Below are positions 1 to 10,802 of a stretch of DNA of 24,000 bases, piece after piece. The position numbers and the translations under genes are program-made. The stretch is taken from assembly GCA_036703315.1 (NCBI GenBank), contig DATNPH010000003.1, forward strand, positions 8,141-32,140, read 5' to 3'. The DNA is from Coleofasciculaceae cyanobacterium. Lineage in GTDB: Bacteria; Cyanobacteriota; Cyanobacteriia; Cyanobacteriales; Coleofasciculaceae. The notes beneath the pieces are model-generated. The model saw only the letters and a program-made list of their open reading frames with translations. It was not told the DNA's origin and did no database searches. The number at the start of each line of letters is the position of its first letter. Positions within the stretch are counted from its first letter, which is position 1.

Positions 1-5
1 GGGAG

Positions 6-240
6 ATCCCCCCAACCCCCCTTAAAAAGGGGGGCTTAATTAATGAAGAAATTGCGTTTCACAGGAATAGGCGATCGCCTGTTACTTAAACGCTGGCATG
101 AATCCTAATTCTCTCTACTTAAAAAGGGGGGCTTAATTAATCAGGAATTTGCGTTTCACATCAATAGACGATCGCCCTTTACTTAAGCTCTAGCTTGAAT
201 CTTAATTCTCCCCCCTTAAAAAGGGGGGTTGGGGGGGATC
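6..240. repeat. Two-copy 97-bp tandem repeat bounded by inverted GATCCCCCC(C)AACCCCCC / GGGGGGTTGGGGGGGATC ends; cyanobacterial interspersed-repeat (MITE-like) family
   Basis: CTTAAAAAGGGGGG recurs at 21, 118 and 215 (exact period 97). Units 21-117 and 118-214 share GGGGGGCTTAATTAAT, TTGCGTTTCACA, CGATCGCC and TTACTTAA blocks. The outer ends are near-perfect inverted repeats of each other. Confidence 0.85.
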
Positions 241-611
241 ATCTCCTGAATACACTGACACACCCCCTCCCACTCCTTCAACACCTCATCATTACTAAAT
301 CTCACTACCTTCAACCCATAGCCTTCTAAAACTTGCGTTCTTTCGCTGTCATAATCTTTGCCCTCACTCGTAAAGTGGCTCTCTCCATCAACTTCTATTA
401 CTAACTTCAAGCTGGCGCAGTAAAAGTCAACAATAAAGTTATCAATAGGCTTTTGCCTCAAAACTCGAAATGGAAAATCTTTTAGATAGCCGTACCACAG
501 TTTTCTCTCTGGTGCTGTCATGTTCTTACGCATTTCCTTTGCCTTCTCTACGAGTTTTGGGTTATAGGGAAGGTGAAAGTCAGTCACTATTAAATCTTTC
601 TTGCTAGGCAT
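216..611 (-). CDS. DUF559 domain protein, Vsr-like PD-(D/E)XK endonuclease fold. The track ORF runs 216..683, but the first 24 residues are largely repeat-derived, so the start is placed at the internal Met (609-611).
   Basis: Protein MPSKKDL...PYNPKLVEKAKEMRKNMTAPERKLWYGYLKD...FRVLRQKPIDNFIVDFYCASLKLVIEVDGESH...R...L...GLKVVRFSNDEVL is characteristic of DUF559. The C-terminus IPPNPPF is encoded by the flanking repeat. Confidence 0.85.
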   Translation of the reverse strand: MPSKKDLIVTDFHLPYNPKLVEKAKEMRKNMTAPERKLWYGYLKDFPFRVLRQKPIDNFIVDFYCASLKLVIEVDGESHFTSEGKDYDSERTQVLEGYGLKVVRFSNDEVLKEWEGVCQCIQEMIPPNPPF

Positions 612-617
612 ACGATC

Positions 618-661
618 CCCCCCAGCCTCCTCACTAAAGCTCCGGCTTAAAAAAGGGGGGA
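618..661. repeat. Degenerate copy of the CCCCCC...TTAAAAAAGGGGGG repeat family
   Basis: CCCCCCCAGCCTCC...CCGGCTTAAAAAAGGGGGGA resembles the ends of the 6-240 element and lies on the other side of the DUF559 gene. Confidence 0.55.
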
Positions 662-675
662 GAATATAATTCGCA

Positions 676-885
676 TCACTCAATGTCTTCAGGCAATTCT
701 TTAATAGGAAGCCCTGCCTGCTCCATCAGTTCAACTAACTTCCTCACCTGCGCCATAGAAAGCTGAAGCCATTGATGTTTGCCGCTCTCGTATCTGCCGA
801 TCATATTGCGCGATAAACCCAAAGCATTAGCAAACTCTTCCTGAGTCATCCCCAGGCGATCGCGGACTTGCTTTAAAGTTGGCAC
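676..885 (-). CDS. Small XRE-family helix-turn-helix protein (69 aa)
   Basis: LKQVRDRLGMTQEEFANALGLSRNMIGRYESGK is a classic HTH_3/XRE motif. Confidence 0.85.
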   Translation of the reverse strand: MPTLKQVRDRLGMTQEEFANALGLSRNMIGRYESGKHQWLQLSMAQVRKLVELMEQAGLPIKELPEDIE

Positions 886-964
886 GTTGGGGTTGAAATT
901 TGAATCCTGGATGAAAAAGCGATTCTCACATCTTGCCGCATTCTCAGGAAGCGACCAAACCCGC

Positions 965-1200
965 CCGGAGTTTAAACTCCGGGCTCATAGCTCAAGTCCA
1001 CTCAAGTGGACTGAATCCTTGTAGAGTCAGCATTTAGTCCTCTTTAGAAGACTTTCGTTATGAGCCTGCGAATTAATTCGCTTTTCGGGTGAGCAGGTAG
1101 ATGCAAGATGTCAGGTTCGCTAATCCTGAAATGCGATAGCGATAGCCAAGTGTTAGCGAGTCTTCTCCCAAGGGGAGACGCCAAGGGCGAACCTGCGACT
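965..1200. repeat. Cluster of palindromic intergenic repeats
   Basis: Perfect 20-bp palindrome CCCGGAGTTTAAACTCCGGG (965-984), AGTCCACT-CA-AGTGGACT (996-1013), AGTCCTCTTTAGAAGACT, and the TCTTCTCCCAAGGGGAGACGCC element near 1161-1182. Confidence 0.7.
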
Positions 1201-1339
1201 CCTGCCCAATGCCCGACGATATGTATTAGCCCGATTTGTGAATCGACAAGATGCTGGCGACCACAAGCGATATCTCAGCCGATTCATGCCTGCCGCCGAA
1301 TTTGAAGGGATTTTTGACGCGCCTATCGATGAACTATCC

Positions 1340-2662
1340 TCAATCTTTCAGAGTGAATTCTGATTCGTCACTTCCCAGCGCCTGCCCTGCTAACCAAGCT
1401 GTTGTCCAGGCACTCTGAAAGTTAAACCCACCCGTAACGCCATCAATATCCAAGATTTCCCCAGCAAAGTAAAGACCTGGAACTAAGCGACTCTCCATTG
1501 TCTTGAAATCCACTTCTTTTAAACTAACGCCGCCGCAGGTAACAAATTCTTCCTTGAACACACCCTTCCCTTTAATTAAGTAGCGTCCCTGAGTAAGTTC
1601 TTGGACTAACTGATTTAAGGCTTTTTTCGATACTTCCGCCCAGCGTTCTTCTGCACCAATGCCAACCGTGTTGACTAGACTCATCCAAAGACGCTTGGGT
1701 ACAGCAACTGGGCAACTGGTCGTGATTTGGCGTCGGGGTAGTTGGGACTTGACCGCCGATAGCAGTTGGCGTAGATTATCCTGGCTTTGCTGAGGAAGCC
1801 AATTGATGAGTAAGGGCGTGTGGTAGTGCTGCTCGTGCAGGAATCTTGCTCCCCAGGCAGAAAGCTTGAGGACGGCAGGACCACTAACTCCCCAGTGGGT
1901 GATTAGTAATGATCCAGTTTGCTCCTTGAGTGTAGGCGGTGCCTCCGGTAATCGCAGGCGGACTTCATTGACACTCACTCCTGCTAAATCTTGCAAACGG
2001 GAGTCTGGGATATCAAAGGTAAATAGGGAAGGAACAGCCGGTTCGACGGTGTGACCCAAGTCTTTTACCCAGTGGTAGCCTTGAGGGTTGCTGCCACTGG
2101 ACAGGAGGAGGCGATCGCATTTCAAAATCTCACCCGTCTTCAACTCAATCTCAAACCCCCCTTTGGATTCCCCCCCTTGGTAAGGGGGGGCTAGGGGAGG
2201 GCGTCGCTTGACGGACTTTACTGCCGTACCTGTGCGAAGTCTTACCCCAGCGTCTTCAGCTGCCTTAATCAGGCAATCTACAATCGTTTCAGAATTATCC
2301 GTAACCGGAAACATCCGCCCATCTGCCTCTGTTTTCAGCTGAACGCCGTGAGACTCAAACCAGGCAACTGTATCCTTGGGTTGAAAGCGACTGAAAGCAC
2401 CCCGTAAGGCTTTACCCCCTCTGGGGTAGTATTGCACCAATAACGCAGGGTCAAAGCAGGCATGAGTAACGTTGCAGCGTCCACCACCAGAAATACGAAC
2501 TTTAGATAAGGGTTGACGCCCAGCTTCTAATAAAGTGACTCGTGTATGGGGATGAGCAGCAGCACAAGTAATTGCTCCGAAAAATCCGGCAGCACCCCCA
2601 CCAATCACTACAACATTTAAAGGCTTGAAAACCAAGAAAGCACCACAGAAAAAGAGTAACAA
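1340..2662 (-). CDS. NAD(P)/FAD-dependent oxidoreductase, HI0933/BaiN family; true start uncertain and probably internal to the ORF
   Basis: N-terminal VVVIGGGAAGFFGAI dinucleotide-binding motif, KVRISGGGRCNVTHA, and C-terminal TCGGVSLKEVDFKTMESRLVPGLYFAGEILDIDGVTGGFNFQSAWTTAWLAG. Confidence 0.9.
   Translation of the reverse strand: MLLFFCGAFLVFKPLNVVVIGGGAAGFFGAITCAAAHPHTRVTLLEAGRQPLSKVRISGGGRCNVTHACFDPALLVQYYPRGGKALRGAFSRFQPKDTVAWFESHGVQLKTEADGRMFPVTDNSETIVDCLIKAAEDAGVRLRTGTAVKSVKRRPPLAPPYQGGESKGGFEIELKTGEILKCDRLLLSSGSNPQGYHWVKDLGHTVEPAVPSLFTFDIPDSRLQDLAGVSVNEVRLRLPEAPPTLKEQTGSLLITHWGVSGPAVLKLSAWGARFLHEQHYHTPLLINWLPQQSQDNLRQLLSAVKSQLPRRQITTSCPVAVPKRLWMSLVNTVGIGAEERWAEVSKKALNQLVQELTQGRYLIKGKGVFKEEFVTCGGVSLKEVDFKTMESRLVPGLYFAGEILDIDGVTGGFNFQSAWTTAWLAGQALGSDESEFTLKD
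2152..2203. repeat. Interspersed repeat inserted in frame within the BaiN-like CDS
   Basis: AACCCCCCTTTGGATTCCCCCCCTTGGTAAGGGGGGGCTAGGGGAGGG encodes RRPPLAPPYQGGESKGG on the minus strand and matches the style of cyanobacterial CCCCCTTACCAAGGGGG repeats. Confidence 0.75.
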
Positions 2663-2665
2663 TCT

Positions 2666-2824
2666 CTATTCTGGTTCAAAATCTGATTTCGTCGCACCAC
2701 ACACAGGGCACACCCAATCGTCAGGAATTTCTTCAAAGGGAGTTCCTGGTTGTATTCCTGAATCTGGGTCGCCTTCCTCTGGGTCATAGACGTAGCCGCA
2801 AAGCGTACAAACGTATTTCTGCAT
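2666..2824 (-). CDS. rub: Rubredoxin (52 aa), not in the supplied ORF track
   Basis: My translation: [52 protein letters not shown], with two CxxC iron ligands (CTLCGY, CPVCGA) and the canonical YxYDPxxGDPxxGIxPGTxFExxPxxWxCPxCG signature. Confidence 0.97.
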   Translation of the reverse strand: MQKYVCTLCGYVYDPEEGDPDSGIQPGTPFEEIPDDWVCPVCGATKSDFEPE

Positions 2825-2882
2825 TTTTGTTCTCTAAATGCCTTTTTTACAATATTGCTTTACTCAAGAAATATAGCGGTTC

Positions 2883-5852
2883 TTAGTTGCTCAAGGGCAA
2901 TATTACAGTAAATGTCGTGCCTTTCCCAGCTTCACTTTCAACGCTAATCTCTCCCTTGTGTAAGTCCAGGCACTGTTTAACAATGGCTAGACCCAATCCT
3001 GTTCCCTGAATCGTGCCGACATTAGTAGCGCGATGGAAGGAGTTAAATAAGCGAGGTTGGTCTTCAGGGGGGATACCGATTCCTTGGTCTTGAATTTGGA
3101 AGATTGCACTGTCATCAACGTAGGTGAGGTTAAACTCGACAGTGCTGTCGCTAGGAGAATATTTGATAGCATTCGAGAGTAAATTAGTAAGAATTTGCCG
3201 CAGCAATTTTTCATCCATGCTGGTTGGGATGCTTTGGCGCTGACAAGTCAAAACAATTGTGTTCGGGTTTTCGGTAGTTAGTTGCAACTCTTCTACCAAA
3301 TTGCGACAAAATTCCACTAAATCTAATGGCGCTGGGTTGAATTCCAATTTGCCAGCTTCTGCTTTCCCAAGGATTAGGATGTCATCCAACATCTGAGTCA
3401 TGCGATCAACAGCTGTTTGAATGCGATCAAAATGAGTTTGTTGTTTTTCCTGTGACCAGCGATCGCGGTAACGTTCCAATAATTCGGTGGACGATTGGAT
3501 TGTCGTTAGTGGAGTGCGGAACTCATGGGAAGTCATGGAAACAAATTGAGACTTAAGTTCACCCAGTTCCCTTTCTTTTTGGAGCGTTTTGTAAATTTCT
3601 TCCTCCACCTGCTTACGGGAGGTAATGTCTTCGGCAAGGCCAGCAACACGGTAGACTTGTCCTTGCGTATTCTGTACTGGAAAGCCGCGATCGCGTATCC
3701 AACGCATTGACCCGTCAGGTCGCACAATCCGATACTCCTTGTCGTACTCTGCTTGAACCTGTTTCTCAATGGCAGCTTCGATGCGATCGCGATCCTCTGG
3801 ATGAATAGCGTCCAGCCAAGAGCGTGGCTGTTCATACAAACTTTCGCGGGTACGACCCCACATCTGCTCATACGCTGGACTGACGTAGATAATCTCAGAG
3901 GAGTCAAAAGAACTCATCCAGAAAACTTTATTGATATTTTCTGCTAACTGGCGGAAGCGCTCTTCGCTCTCCCGCAAAGCATCTTCTGCTTGTTTGCGCA
4001 GTGTAACGTCACGCCATGCCGCTGTAAAACCGTCGTCTAGTTTGGTAACGCGGATATCGAAGGCTCTGGTTAGTCGCTCTTGACCAAAAACATCCTCATA
4101 GAACAGGTCTTCTTTTATGAGTGAATTATCCGTTTCTACGACTTGGCAGTATTCGTCAAACAGCCCTGTTCCCCGATGGTTGGGGAGCAATTCACAAAGG
4201 CTTTTGCCAATCATCTCCTCCTTGGTCATCCGGTTATTTTCACAAGCGGCGGCATTGACATACTCGACTTTGAAGTCGATGATTTTGCCGGAGTGATCGC
4301 GTACTGCCGAGTAAATGCCAAAACAATCCAGCATATTTTCAACTGAAGTTCGGAAACGTTGTTCGCTCAATCGAATCTCTACTTCCGCCTGTTTAGAGGT
4401 AGTAATGTCACGGGCGATCGCTAGTACGGTTTCTGTAGAACCATCTGCCCCAAATTCCGGTACATGGCGGCTCTGGTAATACTTTAGTCCGTTGGGTGTT
4501 AATAAATTGAACTCAATTTGTTGTTCGCTGTCGGTTTGAAAAACTGTTTGTAGGGATTCGCCCCAGAAAGATGCCAATTCACTCGGCATCCCTAGCTCAT
4601 GATGCGTTTTGCCAATAAATTCTCTAGCTGGTAAACCAGTAGCGAGTTCAATGGCAGGGTTGACATAGACATGACGCAGTTCCCGGTCAAAGCGTGTAAT
4701 GATATCGGGGGCATTTTCAACCAGTGCTTTGAATTCTTGTTCGCGTCGGTGCAGCGTTGCCTCGGCTCTGGCGCGTAGGGCAACCTCAACAAGGAGTATC
4801 TCATTGAGCTGTTCTAGCTCAGCCGTGCGCTCTCTGACTCGATTTTCTAGCTGTTCATTCAATCGTTGCAGGACTTCTTCTGCCTGCTTGCGATCGCTGA
4901 TGTCCAGAGTCACTCCATCCACAACTACATCACCATTGTCCATCTGAAAATATCGGGCACTATCATGAAACCATTTCACCTGACCGGATGGGGTTATCAC
5001 CCGAAACTCATGCTCGACAGGCTCAAGCGTCTGATATTTCTGTGTTAAGACTTGATCGAACTGCCCTCGGTCGTCTGGATGGATTATTGTGAGCAATCGT
5101 TCTGGCTGGGCCATCACTTCATTTGGCTCTAAGCCAGTCAGTTCCCGAAAACCGACATTGATATAGGGTAAGGACATTGTGCCGTCAGGATGCAGCACTG
5201 CCCGATAGACAGTGCCTGGAATATTAGTGGCAATGCCAGACAAACGCTGTTCATTCTCGCGTAGTGCCATCTCGGCTTGTTTGTCAGCCGTGATGTTCAA
5301 TGTGCTGCCAACGACACGCACCGCCTTCCCCTTTGTATTTCTGACAATCAGTCCTTTATCCAAAACATACAGGTACTGATTGTTTTTGTGACGAACCTGA
5401 TATTCAATGGCAAAATCACTTCGGTTTGATAGGGCCTCTGAAACTTCGTTGCGGACGCGCTGCCGGTCATCCGGATGGATGCGCTCTGTCCACCATTCAG
5501 GGGTACATTCAGCTTCTTCAGGACGATAGCCTAAAACCTCAACCAGACCTTGTGTCCTGTCAACCGTATGTGTGTCGATATTCCAGTCGAAAATAATACA
5601 ACCCACAGCACTGGTAGCAAGCTGAAAATACGCGCTTGCTTGCCGCAGCTCTAATTCCATCTGCTGTAGTTTCTCAATGGTATTGCTCAGTTCCTGGAAG
5701 GCTTGCGCTATTATTTCCTGCGGTTGTTGCTCTAAAGGTAATTGATCAGCACTCTGTTGCAGTTGAGCCAGGCGTTGCTGCATATACTGTATCTGTTCTT
5801 GCCACTCATTGAAGTTCAGACTATTCATTCTTTTACTCTCTTCCCACTGCAA
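2883..5852 (-). CDS. Multi-PAS/PAC sensor histidine kinase; start may be the second Met (MNSLNFNEW)
   Basis: Several PAS/PAC repeats (for example WWTERIHPDDR, ITADKQAE, ITTSKQAE, IRDRGFPVQNTQGQVYRVAGLAEDITSRKQ), HisKA FVSMTSHEFRTPLTTIQSS, and HATPase LLSNAIKYSP, IQDQGIGIP, GTGLGLAIVKQ. Confidence 0.95.
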   Translation of the reverse strand: MQWEESKRMNSLNFNEWQEQIQYMQQRLAQLQQSADQLPLEQQPQEIIAQAFQELSNTIEKLQQMELELRQASAYFQLATSAVGCIIFDWNIDTHTVDRTQGLVEVLGYRPEEAECTPEWWTERIHPDDRQRVRNEVSEALSNRSDFAIEYQVRHKNNQYLYVLDKGLIVRNTKGKAVRVVGSTLNITADKQAEMALRENEQRLSGIATNIPGTVYRAVLHPDGTMSLPYINVGFRELTGLEPNEVMAQPERLLTIIHPDDRGQFDQVLTQKYQTLEPVEHEFRVITPSGQVKWFHDSARYFQMDNGDVVVDGVTLDISDRKQAEEVLQRLNEQLENRVRERTAELEQLNEILLVEVALRARAEATLHRREQEFKALVENAPDIITRFDRELRHVYVNPAIELATGLPAREFIGKTHHELGMPSELASFWGESLQTVFQTDSEQQIEFNLLTPNGLKYYQSRHVPEFGADGSTETVLAIARDITTSKQAEVEIRLSEQRFRTSVENMLDCFGIYSAVRDHSGKIIDFKVEYVNAAACENNRMTKEEMIGKSLCELLPNHRGTGLFDEYCQVVETDNSLIKEDLFYEDVFGQERLTRAFDIRVTKLDDGFTAAWRDVTLRKQAEDALRESEERFRQLAENINKVFWMSSFDSSEIIYVSPAYEQMWGRTRESLYEQPRSWLDAIHPEDRDRIEAAIEKQVQAEYDKEYRIVRPDGSMRWIRDRGFPVQNTQGQVYRVAGLAEDITSRKQVEEEIYKTLQKERELGELKSQFVSMTSHEFRTPLTTIQSSTELLERYRDRWSQEKQQTHFDRIQTAVDRMTQMLDDILILGKAEAGKLEFNPAPLDLVEFCRNLVEELQLTTENPNTIVLTCQRQSIPTSMDEKLLRQILTNLLSNAIKYSPSDSTVEFNLTYVDDSAIFQIQDQGIGIPPEDQPRLFNSFHRATNVGTIQGTGLGLAIVKQCLDLHKGEISVESEAGKGTTFTVILPLSN

Positions 5853-6349
5853 GATTATTACTGCAAGGCTTCTCCCAATTCACAATCCGCAGTTTCTCCT
5901 TTGTCGGTATTGTTAGAGCGAGAAAGGCTCAAGTGCTTTCTTTTAATATTTCTAATATTTCTGCCACTATAGCTTTGGGCTTTTTCTAGTTTGACGTTAA
6001 TAACACAACTTGGCTTGCACAAGAGCGATCGCGCCTTGCCAACTTGAAGACAATTGTAAAGTCACAGCCTAGTTGGAGTCTTCTCTCCAACTAAATAAGC
6101 CTCCAGAACGAGCATCCTAAAGACTTATCATTATTAGGTATTAGGGTTTTTTGTGTTTATTAAAAACCTAACCCTCTATAAAGAGAGAGTTGGGGGAGAG
6201 GTGACAACAGCCTCAGTGGTAGGTTACTTAACGACGCTCTGATACTAAGTCGTTCCTAAAATCGATTGTTAAATATACTTAAAAATAATTGACGAAATAA
6301 GTGTTATTTATTACTCATTAATTATCAGAAGTTTTCTAATAGGCTCGAC

Positions 6350-6553
6350 TCAATAACGTCGCGTTCTCTGAACGCCATAAGCCAGTCCTGTGCCAATTGA
6401 GAGCAAAATTAATATGAAAATCACAGCACCCGGAAGAGCAGTAAATCCAGGAATTCCAAAACCTCGAAGCACATAGACAAGAATAGTGATTGCAAAGGTA
6501 ATGGCAAAAGCGTAAGTAACTATTTGAGATTCAGATGGGGGAGATGGAGTCAC
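6350..6553 (-). CDS. Small two-helix membrane protein (67 aa), hypothetical
   Basis: Two hydrophobic segments and a basic C-terminus (YGVQRTRRY); similar layout to the adjacent 6673..6891 ORF. Confidence 0.6.
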   Translation of the reverse strand: MTPSPPSESQIVTYAFAITFAITILVYVLRGFGIPGFTALPGAVIFILILLSIGTGLAYGVQRTRRY

Positions 6554-6672
6554 GGATTAAGTAATTCAAAATTTCAAAATGGAAAACTTAATTAACAGTA
6601 ACCAGTTTTTCAGTAATCAATTTTTTGGATAGAATGTGGCTGGTCGCCGCATATAGATAAAGGCACAACAGG

Positions 6673-6891
6673 TTACCAGCGCCTCATACTTCTAAGACCG
6701 CCCAAGATACCTGCACCAATCGTAAAGAGCACGATCGCCCAAATCACATACTCCGGAATTTGCTGAAGAACACCTGTCCCCCTAAGCACCACAATAATGG
6801 CAGTAATTACCAACGCTATGCCAGCAATATACAAAAGGATTGCTGTCGTTTGACTAGGAGGTCGTCGATTGGGGGGCGGTATGACAAACAT
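6673..6891 (-). CDS. Small two-helix membrane protein (72 aa), hypothetical; possible paralog of the 6350..6553 product
   Basis: PPSQTTAILLYIAGIALVITAIIVVLRGTG...FTIGAGILGGLRSMRRW parallels PPSESQIVTYAFAITFAITILVYVLRGFG...LSIGTGLAYGVQRTRRY. Confidence 0.6.
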   Translation of the reverse strand: MFVIPPPNRRPPSQTTAILLYIAGIALVITAIIVVLRGTGVLQQIPEYVIWAIVLFTIGAGILGGLRSMRRW

Positions 6892-6942
6892 CGCTGCTCT
6901 TGATGATTAAACAATCACGGCACCTATTCTCACACAAGAAGC

Positions 6943-7017
6943 CGTTAACAACTCAGCAGGTGAGCGATTGAAGGTAAGCTGTTCATTTTCGACATCCACA
7001 AAGATAGTGTCGCCATC
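6943..7017 (-). pseudogene. Relic of a clpB 3' end
   Basis: 75 bp aligns without gaps to 7611..7685 of clpB with 62/75 identical. The minus strand encodes [25 protein letters not shown] versus the ClpB C-terminus [26 protein letters not shown] stop is present just upstream in the same frame. Confidence 0.85.
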
Positions 7018-7040
7018 AAGGAGCTTTTCTCACCACGCTC

Positions 7041-7454
7041 TTATCGGTAAGGGCCACCTACTAGCATAATCAAGACTAACATGCTTAACCAAAGTGCAAA
7101 GACCAAGTATATGATCAGGGCAAGGAGATTCAGCAATACCCCAACTGTACTCAAAACCCAGTTACGTTTGTTTCTAAATGCTTTGAATGCCTTGACAATA
7201 GCCGCGATATCTAGCACAAGAGTAGCGATCGCAGCCAGCCACCACCCACAGACTGATGACACGAGTGATTGCCACTCCAGCCAGACATGGGTGATTATAA
7301 GCAACCAAGCCACCATTAGCAGGCAGCCGCCTATCAGTTCTACAATTAAGCATTTCTTACCGCGTTTTGCCTGCCTGTAGTGGATAATGCTGAGTGTGGC
7401 AATTACCAACCCGTGCAACCCAGGCAATGCAGCTATTATTTGCAGGTCATTCAA
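7041..7454 (-). CDS. Hypothetical multi-span membrane protein (137 aa)
   Basis: Open reading frame with about four hydrophobic segments; no family recognised. Confidence 0.55.
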   Translation of the reverse strand: MNDLQIIAALPGLHGLVIATLSIIHYRQAKRGKKCLIVELIGGCLLMVAWLLIITHVWLEWQSLVSSVCGWWLAAIATLVLDIAAIVKAFKAFRNKRNWVLSTVGVLLNLLALIIYLVFALWLSMLVLIMLVGGPYR

Positions 7455-7535
7455 GGTCAGTGCAAGCGAGTTGTCACCCCTGCCGACATTAAGTTGGCTT
7501 TTTTAAAGTAACACAATGCTGTGCTGGGTTTTGAA

Positions 7536-7571
7536 TCAAAAAAACAGGCTGCGCTGCGGCGCAACCTGTTG
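7536..7571 (-). terminator. Intrinsic terminator downstream of clpB
   Basis: AACAGG-c-TGCGC ... GCGCA-a-CCTGTT stem (7543-7570). On the minus strand it is followed by TTTTTTTGATTC, 25 nt after the clpB stop. Confidence 0.85.
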
Positions 7572-7595
7572 CAGAGCGAGCATTTAGCGTTTAAA

Positions 7596-10223
<2,628 letters not shown>

Positions 10224-10674
10224 GTTGGGTCGTCGTTTACTCTTTAATACATAATTTCTGTAACTATAGTCATTCTAAAAAGTCGTACAACATCCCCTGG
10301 ATCGGTGTTCACGTATTCTGGCGGGGTATTGCCGTCCTTTTCTCTTGTTAGGCAGACAACTTCTGCAATGATGCTCCTATGCCATTGATAAACGTCTACG
10401 CAGACTTACCGCATGTGTTTTACCGCCTCAGTGCGGATGAGTGGAAGCGCGATCGCGCGGCTGGATAGCACAACCAGAGGAATGAAGCCGTGAACGGTGC
10501 TATTACGCTGAGCTAAGCTACTGACTTGTCCAGTATTCGTGCAGTCTCACTAGACCTCCTGCATGAATCATGAAATGCCCCCTAAATCCCCCCATTCTAG
10601 GGGACTATAATTCTTATTCCCCGCAGAATTGGGGTGTAGAGAAAACTCAAGATTATTGCTCCCCTCCTTGGAGG

Positions 10675-10705
10675 CAAGGTTAGTTAATTAACCTTGTAAT
10701 TTTTC
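10675..10705 (+). promoter_or_regulatory. Hairpin followed by a T-rich tract in the uppP leader (possible attenuator)
   Basis: CAAGGTTA-GTTAAT-TAACCTTG (10675-10696), then TAATTTTT. There is no plus-strand gene immediately upstream to terminate. Confidence 0.4.
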
Positions 10706-10802
10706 CTGGTGACCTTGTTAATCTATTGAAACTTAGGCTAGGCTGCGGCAAACGAGGAGCATCAAGGTGTCATTACAACTCACAGTATACGAGAGTTAAC
10801 AG

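Noticed and set aside
21-228. Possible CRISPR-like array from the regular spacing of GGGGGG motifs
   Set aside because: The period is 97 bp with homologous, not unique, intervening sequence and only two full units. It is a tandem duplication of a MITE-like repeat.
1108-1305. 65-aa plus-strand ORF
   Set aside because: It runs through intergenic palindromic repeats and SPKGRR/GDAKGE-type repeat translation, with no coding signature.
1681-2054. ORFs 1681..1884 and 1866..2054 inside the BaiN-like gene
   Set aside because: They overlap a well supported CDS in alternate frames.
3525-5048. Several 60-124 aa ORFs inside the histidine kinase gene (3525..3710, 3533..3907, 3753..3947, 4143..4346, 4592..4804, 4699..4947, 4866..5048)
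   Set aside because: They overlap a strongly supported kinase CDS, mostly antisense, with no recognisable domains.
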